Assembly (NCBI RefSeq): GCF_006345805.1
Contig: NC_043022.1
Location: 2,232,001 to 2,296,000 of the forward strand
Source: Octopus sinensis
Lineage: Eukaryota
Direction of reading: 5' to 3'
DNA: 64,000 bases
Shown here: piece by piece, positions 13,173 through 23,734 of the stretch
Layout: every line of letters starts with the position of its first letter
Position numbering within the stretch: position 1 is the first letter of the stretch
Program-made: the position numbers and the translations under genes
Notes under the pieces: generated by a model
The model's input: only the letters and a program-made list of their open reading frames with translations
Database searches by the model: none
What the model was told of the DNA's origin: nothing

Positions 13173-14130
13173 GCTACATGGCAGTGAAATATGGGCCATG
13201 TCTGCTGAGGACATGCGTAAGCTAGCAAGGAATTAAGCCAGTATGCTCCGATGGATGTGTAATGTCAGTGTGCATACTTGAAAAAGTGTTAGTACCTTCA
13301 GAGAAAAGTTGTACCTAAGAAGCATCAGATGTGGAGTGCAAGAGAGACGACTGCAGTGGTATGGTCATGTGGTAAGACTGGATGTGGATAGCTGTGTGAA
13401 AAAGTGTCAAACCCTAGCGGTTGAGGGAACCTGTGGAAGAGTTAGACCAAGGATGACCTGGGATGAGATGGTGAAGCATGACCGTCAAACATTGGGCCTC
13501 ACTGAGGCGATGACTAGTGACCGGGACCTTTGGAAATATGCTGTGCTTGAGAAAACTCAGTAAGCCCAAGTGAGACCATAACCTCGTGGCCTATGGCAGG
13601 GGTGTAATCAGCCCACTTATGCATACCTTTCCTTCTTTGGACACTAAACTCTGCTTGCGAAGACCTGTTGAGGCAATCGAAATCGAAATCAAATTCAATG
13701 ATTGGCATCCGTGCTAGTGGAGCACTAAGAGCACCATCCAAGCGTGATTGTTGCTAGAGCGGCTAACCGGCTTCCGTGCCATTGGCACGTCAATTACACC
13801 ATTCGAGCGTGATCACTACCCGCATCACCTTACCGGTACGTGAAGAAACATTCGAGCGAGGTCATTCCCAGTGCCACTGGACTGGCTCCTGTGCAGGTGG
13901 CACGTAAAAAACACCATTTGAGCGTGGCCATTGCTAGTACCGCCTGACTGGCCCTGATGCAGGTGTCATGTAAAAGCACCCACTGCACTCTCAGAGTGGT
14001 TGGTGTTAGGAAGGGCATCCAGCTGTAGAAATTCTGCCAGATCAAGAGCCTGGTGCAGCCATCTGGTTGCCAGTCCTCAGTCAAATCGTCCAACCCATGC
14101 TAGCATGGAAGGCGGACATTAAACAATGAT
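13171..14130 (+). mobile_element. RTE-clade LINE 3' fragment (ORF2 C-terminus with stops plus 3' UTR)
   Basis: MLHGSEIWA...RRLQWYGHVVR...GRVRPRMTW motif string typical of RTE ORF2 ends. In-frame TAA/TGA. The 3' UTR is shared with many copies ending in (TGA)n. Confidence 0.85.
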
Positions 14131-14203
14131 AATATATATATATATACAAACATACACACATATATATGTACATACATACATATATATACACATACATTCA
14201 TAT

Positions 14204-14245
<42 letters not shown>

Positions 14246-14884
14246 CATGTAAAAAGCATCCACTACACTCTCGGAGTGGTTGGCATTAGGAAGGGCATCC
14301 AGCTGTAGAAACTCTGCCAGATCAAGACTGGAGCCTGGTGCAGCCATCTGGTTGCCAGCCCTCAGTCAAAACCGTCCAACCCATGCTAGCATGGAAAGCG
14401 GACGTTAAATGATGATGATGAGGATGACGATGATACATACATATATACACACATATATATGTGTGTGTGTGTGTATATATATATATACATATATATATAT
14501 ACTTGTATACACACAAACACACTGTGATACAGAAGTCAATAATGAACTCGTTATTCACCTCTGACTAAATCAAATCGAAATATAATAAAAAATTTCAAAA
14601 AAACTCTTTGATTCTACAAAAAGAATGGCGGGAGTGCGGGAGGAAGAGAAATATCCATTTATCTGGTGGAGATCAATAAAGCCAATTTTTCACTGATCAA
14701 TACTGTTGCAAAAACAAAAACAAAAGAAAAAAAAGGGAAAAATAAACATATCCATTCATAAGAATTGCATTGTGCCTCCAGTGTGTATACGTGTTTGTGT
14801 TTACAAAATTAGCTTTTGTTTCGATGCCGGTGCGTATGGTGGTGTAGCTATGTATGTTTATATGTATGTCTGGGTGTATTCATA

Positions 14885-14918
<34 letters not shown>

Positions 14919-15054
14919 CATATGTATATGTTTATATGTCTGTGTGTGTATTCACACACATATATATATCTTTATACACACACACATACATGCATGCACC
15001 ACACAAAACATTACTGTTTATTAAAACTAGACTCTGTGTGTGTGTATATATATA

Positions 15055-15110
<56 letters not shown>

Positions 15111-15239
15111 GGTCCCGGGTTGATTCGGGGTTAACCACAGTAAATAAGGTACTCAATACATAGCAGAGTAAAATTAATTTATTATATAGAAGGAGCTTCT
15201 ACAGGACTAGAACTGTTTCATTCAAGAGAAATCTTCAGG

Positions 15240-15290
15240 AGCTTCCTGACGATTTCTCTTGAATGAAACAGTTCTAGTCCTGTAGAAGCT
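15240..15290 (+). ncRNA. Type I hammerhead ribozyme motif
   Basis: AGCUUC-CUGACGA-UUUC UCUU GAAU-GAA-ACAG UUCUAGUC CUGU-A-GAAGCU: 6-bp stem I, 4-bp stem III, intact core, GUA triplet. Confidence 0.75.
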
Positions 15291-15305
15291 CCTTCTATAT
15301 AATAA

Positions 15306-15358
<53 letters not shown>

Positions 15359-15367
15359 TATAGAAGG

Positions 15368-15418
15368 AGCTTCTACAGGACTAGAACTGTTTCATTCAAG
15401 AGAAATCTTCAGGAAGCT
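15368..15418 (-). ncRNA. Type I hammerhead ribozyme motif, sense to MKS1 pre-mRNA
   Basis: Same fold as 15240-15290 with core CUGAAGA. Predicted cleavage between 15374 and 15373. Confidence 0.75.
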
Positions 15419-15779
15419 AGTTAACAAGAATTGTATTGGCATTTATACATTTAGGCAGGTTTAAAGGGGTGTTGGTGGGGGACTTTTTGGGGGTAGGCAT
15501 AGCGCAAAATATCATACTTGGGGGAGTGGTCAAGGAGTCAGTGTTAAATTAGATAGAAGAATAAATAAAAAAATTAAAAAATATATATATAAAAAAAAGG
15601 GAATAGAGTTTTAGGTAAATAAGGAGATTCTCACTTATACCTATGCACATATGTATACATATATACACACACATACAAACATATATACATATACATACAC
15701 ACATACATACACACACACATATATATACATATATATACACTTACACATACATATACATATCTACACATACACACATATA

Positions 15780-15842
<63 letters not shown>

Positions 15843-15863
15843 GTATGTATAATATATATATGT

Positions 15864-15904
<41 letters not shown>

Positions 15905-16299
15905 TGTATGTATGTATGTATGTATATATATATATGTATGTATGTGTGTGTGCAATCATATATGTAGATAAGTATATGTGCATAAGCATATATCCATATG
16001 TATACATGTGTATATATATGTATCTGTGTCTGTCTATCTATCTATATATATATAGATAGATAGATATAAATAGACAGACAGACAGATATCCAATATGGGT
16101 AAAATCAAGACAGGTACTCCATCCGGATCCAATGAGAGATAAATATATTTTGTACACAAGCACAGGCGTAGCTGTGTGGTAAGAAGTTTGCTTCCAAACC
16201 ACATGGATCTGAGTTCAGTCCCACTGCATGCCACCTTGGGCAAGTGTCTTCTATTATAGCCATGAGCCAGCCAAAGCCTTGCGAGTGGACTTGGTAGAC

Positions 16300-16333
<34 letters not shown>

Positions 16334-19300
16334 GTATTTGTATGTGTGTGTCTGTGTTTGTCACCCCACCATCGCTTGACAACTGACGCTTGCATGTTTA
16401 CACCCCCGTAACTTAGCGGCTTGGATAAGTACTAGACTTACAAAGAATAAGTCTTGGGGTCAATTTGCTCGACTGAAGGCAGTGCTCCAGCATGGCCAAT
16501 ATCAAATGACTAAAACAAGTAAAAGAATATATATTTAAATATATATGCATATGTGTGGGTGGGTGTGTGTGTGTGTTTGTATGTATGTACGTACACCATC
16601 ATCATTTAACGTCCATTTTCCATGCTGGTACGGGTTGGATGGCTTGACAGGGGCTGATGAGGCCCAGAGACCACATCAAGTTTCACAGTCTGTTTTCACC
16701 TGGTTTCTACAGCTAGAGGCCCTTCCAAACACCAACCACTTTACAGAGTGTACCGGGTGCTTTTAACCTGGTACCAGCATCATAACCAATGCTTTTTACA
16801 AGGCACCATCAGCAGTACCTTTTCACATGGCACCAGCACCAACACCAACCCTTTTTACATAGCACTTTGCTTTTAGGGTATCAGCTTTTTTACATGACAC
16901 CTTAATTATATATATGTGTGTATGTATGTACTTTATTTGAGCATTAACAAGGCTACCAATGGTTTCATGCAGAGTGTGGAATCTCTCAACAATTATCAAG
17001 CAATGTAGGTATTGGTATCCATGAATCTGTGACTCAAGAATGAGCTTTTTCATCCTTTGATACACAAGTTCCCAACTTTTGGACTACGAAATATACATAC
17101 GTATGTGGCATCATGATTAATCATTTAGAGTAAAAAATACACTTTGATACTATTTTAACAAGAAATATGATTGTCATCTTATATTTTGTATTGTCATCTA
17201 TTTTATTTTTATTATATGAATATTGGCACAGGAGTGGCTGTGTGGTAAGAAGCTTGCTTACCAACCATATGGTTCTGGGTTCAGCCCCACTGTGTGGCAC
17301 CTTGAGCAAGTGTCTTCTATAGCCTTGGGGCAACCAAAGCCTTGTGAGTGGATTTGGTAGACAGAAACTGAAAGAAGCCTGTTGTATGTATGTATATGTG
17401 TGTGTGTATGTTTTGTGTCTGTGTTTGTCCCTCCTCCATTGCTTGACAACCGATGTTGGTGTGCTTACATCCCTGTAACTTAGTGGTTTGTTTGACTAAA
17501 GGTGATGCTCCAGCATGGCCGCAGTCACATGAGTGAAACAAAAGAATAAAAGAAAGAATTGGTGAAATGAAGAAAATTTTTTATTATCGATTCCTGGTAC
17601 ATAATTTTCTTGCACAGATGCTATTATCCAGGGGCTAAGCCTTATTATATTGACGTTGAATGAAAAAAACAACTGTCATATTAGATTTTCTGATAGGTGT
17701 GGTTGAGCAATTCACCACATGGTTACAGGTTCAGTCCCACTGCACAGCACCTTGGACAGGTGTCTTTCACAATAGCCTTGCGCCAACCAAAGCTTTGTAA
17801 ATGGATTTGATGGATGATGTGATTGTAACCTTTTTCATACCAACCCATCTGAAACTGTGGGGGCACGTAGCTTAGTGGTTAGAGTGTTGGACTTACGATC
17901 ATAAGATTGTGGTTTTGATTATAAATATATATAGGCGCAGGAGGGGCCATGGGGTGGGTATAGTCTTCTGAGTGGATTTGGTAGACGGAAACTGAAAGAA
18001 GCCTGTCTTATGTGTGTGTGGACTTCTAAAAGGCTTACCAAGGGTGCCTCGAGGCAGAAAAGTCTGGGATACTGTGCTTTAACCCTTTCGTTACGAACCC
18101 AGCTGAAACTACCTCTGGCTCTGTAGTACAAATTTAAAATTAATTGAAAGAAACACAGAACATCTCAATAGAAATATGGTAACGAGAGGGCTAAAGACAG
18201 TCAGTCAAATGTGTCTTCAGTTTGCACAAGATTTGGCTGCTATTTCTAACAAGTCAAACAACTATGTGAAACAAAATCTGTAACTTAACCCTTTCGATAC
18301 CAACCCGCCTGAAACCACCTCTGGCTTTGTAGTACAAATGTCTTGTTTTCATGAGTTTTGAAATTAAAATCTTCTGCCAAACCTTAGTCACAATTTATGT
18401 TCCTAACACTAGCTTAATGATAACCAAGTTATTTTACCAAATTCTTTGTAAAATTTAAAATGAATTGAAAGGAAGACAGAGAATCTCAGAATAAAGACAG
18501 GAATGGAAGGGTTAACCCATGTATGTCCATAAAAGAATGAAAAGCGTTCATAATCTGGAAGAGAAGGAAAGGATGCAACTGTTAGCTACGGATGTTGACT
18601 ACCAACTGAACATTTCCTAAGTTAAGGCTGACACGGTTGAGTGAACATGACTAGCGACGGTACCAAACAATCAAGGCTCTGAATGTTTTCTGTGAAGTGT
18701 GGTGGAGAATGGTTACGTGATTAACCTTTTGTACATTTCCCGCTAAGTCCGCCGCGTGTTAGTGTCACGTGACAATATGTTTTGCGCGGAAAATTGAGGC
18801 CGACACGGTCGAGTGAGCATGCTTAGTTACAGTCAACACACCCGAAATTTAATCTGGGAGGGTGGACAGGAGTCCTTTGTACGTCACCCAGTGGCTAATA
18901 TAGGACAAGCTTCAAACACTTGTCAAAACAAGACTGTTGCGACATAAGCCACGTCTTTCTATCTCAACTTTTGAAAATCCGCGCAAACCGGTTAAATTTT
19001 TAAATGTAATTTCTAAAAAATTAAAACTATTCTCAATAAATTTTCAACTGCTTTTTGTCCTACATTTTTACCCGTGTGGAATAAAATAACTTCGTTTTCT
19101 ATATCTATCTATAATGTGCGCCTATAGGTTTTCAGGTCTGATGATACGCTGAAAAACTAAGCGCTTTATGGACGTGAAACACAGGGTAATCCCAGAGACA
19201 AGCCCTATCTATCTTTATACATAAATATAGACTATACGACAGGCTTCTTTCAGTTTCCGTTTACCGAATCCACTCACATAGGCTTTGGTCGGCCTGAGGT

Positions 19301-20306
19301 TACAGTTGAAGACGCTTACCCAAGGTGTTACAACAGCTGGCGCACGTTTGTTTGTGCAACGCAAATTTCTTTAACAACTTTATACCCATCAAATTTAACT
19401 TGAGTTTTTCAGTTTGTATTCAATGACCCTCCATAAGTTTGGTCTATGGAGTTTTACCAAACTTATATCCCTTTGAATGAGTCTCTTACACTCGTCGGCC
19501 TCGTTTTTTTCCAATTGTTTTTATTAAAATATTTACGATTATGAAATTAGAAATAGAAGCAGAATTATGCTTGATGTACTACATGTAAGCCTTCATAACT
19601 TTTTTTTTTTTTTTTGAATTTTCAGAAAATTTTTGCGAATTTTCATTCTACACACGGAAATTCACATGACTATAAAAAGAAAAAGAATTTTTTCAATTTT
19701 TATTTTGAATCACAGTTTAAAATACGGATAGTCCGAATTTTTGGCTTAAATCCCATTAAATGCGTTTATGAGGAGAAAAATACCGACAAATAGCAACACG
19801 TCTGAGTGATAAACAAACGAGGACTGCATGAGGTGGTCGTGAGATGTGCTAAAAATAATAGCTAAATAGCCCTTAAATCATGCATCAAAATAATTTTGTT
19901 TTTTGCATAGTTGTATGAATCCCTGTGTCGAATACAAATTCACAAATCTTTTCTTAAAATTCTAACAATTAAAAAAATAAGGGGTGGGGCGGATTTTTGG
20001 CGAGCTTAAAGCAAAATTCAGCCGAAATATATTTTGTATTTTCATTTAACTCACTCTCAACCGAATCAAAGATTTCTTTCGGCAGCAATATTTTTGTTTA
20101 CTATTTCAAACCGTATCTGACATGCATTAATTCACATGTTTTCGTTAGTTACAGAACCTAAAGTTTCTTTTTGTTGTTATCTTTCTAAATGACTCGTAAG
20201 AAAAAATATATAAAAGAAACCCAATTTATTCGTAGATAAATTTATCATTCCGTTTTTTTTTTTTTTCTTTACGAACAAAGAAAGCATATACATATTATAA
20301 ACTAAC

Positions 20307-20386
20307 CGCAATTTAAAATTTCTGAGTTGATCTTTAGTTCTGTAATAAGCAGTTCCAAGATCGCTTTCGTCGTACAAGTCCGCCAT
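20307..20386 (-). CDS. MKS1: MKS1 coding exon 1 (MADLYDESDLGTAYYRTKDQLRNFKL+cg)
   Basis: ATG at 20386. The peptide resembles the human MKS1 N-terminus as I recall it ([27 protein letters not shown]). It is 80 nt long and followed by donor cg|GTTAGT, the same length as human exon 1 CDS (c.1-80, recalled). Confidence 0.92.
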
Positions 20387-20400
20387 AGTTGTAAACAGTC

Positions 20401-21248
20401 GTTAAGTCGGCAGCGAATGCAGATGGAAATGTACATCTCGGAAATGCCAACATCTTATCTCTCCCGCCTTAAATAGTTATAAAATTTAAACATGATAATA
20501 AAACAATTATCATTTCAAATATTAATTCTTATTTAATAAATATTATTGTCACATAGTTTATTAACGTTTTATTAAATTTTCCTTATATCAATAATAATAT
20601 TACTAATAAAATGTTGCTAAGTCGGCAGCGAACGCAAAAATGAATGACTCGCGATATCCCCCCCGTCCTTTTTCCTCTTTGCAGTGATCCAAAATTAAAA
20701 TTAAATACGATGAATAATAACATTTTTCAAACCTTAATTTGAATCTGATAAATATTATCGATAACTTGATATCTTAATAATTTTATTATACTAATGATAA
20801 TAATAAAATGTTGCTAAGTCGGCAGCAAAAATAAAAATGAATGAGTCGAAGTATCCCCCACGTCACCCTTTTCCAATTTTTTAATAATAATTCAAAATTA
20901 AAATAATAAACGAATACTACCATTTTGCTAGCATTATTTTTAATTTGATAAACTTCATAGATAACTCAACTTCTTACAAATTTTATTACATTAATGATAA
21001 TAATAAAAATGTTGCTAAGTCGGCAGCGAATGGAGAAACGAACGTCTCGGAAGTACATCCACTCCTTCCCATTCCCACATTTCCTTTTCTTCCTCACCGA
21101 TAATAAATAATTATAATAATCATTTTAAATATTAATTTTAATTCCATAAATATTATTGCTATATTTAATTAACCATATTTCCTCAATTTAAACCTTCATT
21201 ATTATTAATTAATAATAAATCCTTTCACATTTTATTGGTCGGCAACCC
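20401..21248. repeat. Diverged ~200-bp tandem array upstream of the MKS1 start
   Basis: Head (gttgct)aagtcggcagc at 20404, 20619, 20816, 21017, degenerate at 21236. Spacings 215/197/201/219. Confidence 0.85.
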
Positions 21249-21256
21249 TGACGTCA
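21249..21256. promoter_or_regulatory. CRE palindrome TGACGTCA in a probable bidirectional promoter
   Basis: Exact CRE, adjacent to a YY1-like ATGGCGG and 60 bp before a strong donor AAG|GTGAGT (21315/21316). Confidence 0.5.
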
Positions 21257-21261
21257 TTATG

Positions 21262-21315
21262 ATGGCGGACTCGTACGTTCGTCCAAAATATGTCAGGTCG
21301 ACCGCATAGTGAAAG
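21262..21315 (+). other. Candidate first exon of a transcript divergent from MKS1
   Basis: CpG-rich, ends at consensus donor aag|GTGAGT. ATGs at 21259/21262 (short, stops) and 21290 (MSGRPHSE, phase 2). No downstream partner exon identified. Confidence 0.4.
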
Positions 21316-22034
21316 GTGAGTTTTAACATATTTCTCCTATTTTTAAGCAAACGAATTTCACTGAGAAATCTTCGCCAACCTCTCTTCTATCGGACAATCT
21401 ATTCATTTGGAACCAACGACGTCCATTTCTCCGTACATTTCTGGTCACAAGTTTGACCTAGATCCTAGTCTTTTCATCTATTTTTAAACGAGAGAAGCCA
21501 GTCGATGCTGGCCAACAATAATAATAACACTAATAATAATTCTCCAAGCCTCCTCCATCGCATTATACACCTCATCGTCCCGTTGTTTACACCTTTGTGT
21601 TATCATTATTGCATTTCCTTCCTCGTGTCGGCCGCCACGATCGTCTAAACACGGCGGCCAACATCTTTACGAAAGCCTCGTCGTCGCTCCATGGCCATCC
21701 TGTTGTTCTTTCTTCTCTCTTTCAGCCTTTTAAGCCTTTAATATTAATTACACACGCCAAAGGAAGGAAAAAAAATGTATGACGATGGGGTGAGGTTTGT
21801 TCAATTGATGGATGATGCAAGTTTTATCTGCTTTTTTTGCTGCTTCTTCCCCGAAATTGCTGAAAGAAGAAGGGAGAAGGCTTCATCTATTTTTAAAAAA
21901 GCCAGGCGAGACACAAACCAGCCAACAACAACAGCAACACGAATAATATTAACACTAACAGTAATTTTCGAATCTCCTTCCATCGTTTTTATAAGAAGAC
22001 CTCGACGTCGTCCCGTTGTTTACACATTTGTGTT

Positions 22035-22352
22035 GGGTTCTACTCGAGAAACGGCGGTCCCGGTGCGCGCACTCGCATCCGCGCGCGCGCGCCAGCCAGT
22101 CATGACTAGTCGATCGATCCTACAAAGACAACCTAGTATAAATAAAACACAAAATAAGTAATTTTTTTTTTTTTTACACAAAATAAATAATTTTTTTTTT
22201 GGTATTTTTACACAAAGTGAATAATTTTTGTTAAACAAAGTAAAATAACACAAAAACACAAAGAAGTGAGGATCGACTAGTCACGTCTAGCCAGCGCGGA
22301 TGCGCGACCACGCGAGTGCGCGCACCGGGACCACTGTTCTCAAGTAGTGCCC
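22035..22352. mobile_element. Foldback/MULE-like element with long GC-rich TIRs
   Basis: Arms ~22035-22120 and ~22268-22352 are imperfect inverted repeats around an A/T spacer. Flanked by tttgtgtt / tttatgtt (8-bp TSD, 1 mismatch). Confidence 0.55.
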
Positions 22353-22568
22353 TTTATGTTGTTATTGTTGTATTTTTCTCCCCCCCCCCCCGGGGTTGGC
22401 CGCCAACAATAAACCGAAAACACCTCCAACATCTCGAGACATCGCCATCGATGGTCTCTGCTTTCTTCTCTCTCTCATTAAACCTTTTATAATTAATTAC
22501 ACAAACAAAATACATTATAACCGCGACAGCATGAAGCTTATGAATTAATATATATTTATATATATATA

Positions 22569-22733
22569 GGCGCAGGAGTGGCTGTGTGGTAAGTAGCTTG
22601 CTAACCAACCACATGGTTCCGGGTTCAGTCCCACTGTGTGGCACCTTGGGCAAGTGTCTTCTGCTATAGCCCCGGGCCGACCAATGCCTTGTGAGTGGAT
22701 TTGGTAGACGGAAACTGAAAGAAGCCTGTCGTA

Positions 22734-22782
<49 letters not shown>

Positions 22783-23430
22783 TTGTCCCCCTAGCATTGC
22801 TTGACAACCGATGCTGGTGTGTTTATGTCCCCCGTTACTTAGCGGTTCATCGGCAAAAGAGACCGATAGAATAAGTACTGGGCTTACAAAAAGAATAAGT
22901 CCCGGGGTCGAGTTGCTCGACTAAAAGGCGGTGCTCCAGCATGGCCGCAGTCGAAATGACTGAAACAAGAAAAAAGAGAAAGATACACACACACAGATAT
23001 ATATATATATACATATATATATATATTATATATATATAGGCGCAGGAGTGGCTGTGTGGTAAGTAGCTTGCTAACCAACCACATGGTTCCGGGTTCAGTC
23101 CCACTGCGTGGCACCTTGGGCAAGTGTCTTCTGCTATAGCCCCGGGCCGACCAATGCCTTGTGAGTGGATTTGGTAGACGGAAACTGAAAGAAGCCTGTC
23201 GTATATATGTATATATATATATGTATGTGTGTGTGTTTGTCCCCCTAGCATTGCTTGACAACCGATGCTGGTGTGTTTATGTCCCCCGTTACTTAGCGGT
23301 TCATCGGCAAAAGAGACCGATAGAATAAGTACTGGGCTTACAAAGAATAAGTCCTGGGGTCGAGTTGCTCGACTAAAAGGCGGTGCTCCAGCATGGCCGC
23401 AGTCGAAATGACTGAAACAAGAAAAAAGAG
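22569..23430 (+). mobile_element. Two tandem SINE A copies (470-bp period)
   Basis: Heads at 22569 and 23039 share private variants (ggttcatcggc, gagttgctcg, ctaaaaggcgg). Confidence 0.85.
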
Positions 23431-23448
23431 AAAGATACACACACACAG

Positions 23449-23481
<33 letters not shown>

Positions 23482-23734
23482 ATATCTACACTTTTATATA
23501 CTTTCAAATATAAAAATCGTGGTCTGACTGGTTTACAACATTGTCTCTGTCTCTCTCCTGTGGTTCTGTCTGATGTAGTGTGTATATACAAATATCTGTA
23601 TTAAAGTGTATATTTTATATAACCCTTAAGGAATTATACACTATTATATACATCGTGTATCGTTCTTGTGTCAGTGTGGTGTATATTAGTGAGTTTTATA
23701 CACAGTGTAGCTAGTACACTGCCTAGAATGTATA

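Larger units (their letters stand above)
15107..15600. mobile_element. Penelope-like element terminal-repeat fragments (tandem plus inverted) in a (TA)n tract
   Basis: Hammerhead followed by AATAAA, tandem and inverted copies, insertion in TA repeat. This architecture is typical of Penelope pseudo-LTRs. The right boundary is approximate and there is no ORF. Confidence 0.55.

Noticed and set aside
16940-17095. Possible MKS1 exon within intron 1 (ORF 16823-17065)
   Set aside because: It has a stop in the frame required by exon 1, and exon 1 joins 5059 with continuous homology.
19120-19160. CTGATGA in a short hairpin (hammerhead or C/D-box snoRNA)
   Set aside because: There is no stem II before GAAA, and the C-to-D distance is far too short for a snoRNA.
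20401-21248. CRISPR-like array (conserved short repeat with varied spacers)
   Set aside because: The spacers are ~180-200 bp, AT-rich and homologous to each other. There are no cas genes and the context is eukaryotic.
21290-21315. GSK3 N-terminus (MSGRP...)
   Set aside because: Only five residues match, the following residues (HSE versus RTTSFAE) differ, and no kinase exons were found.
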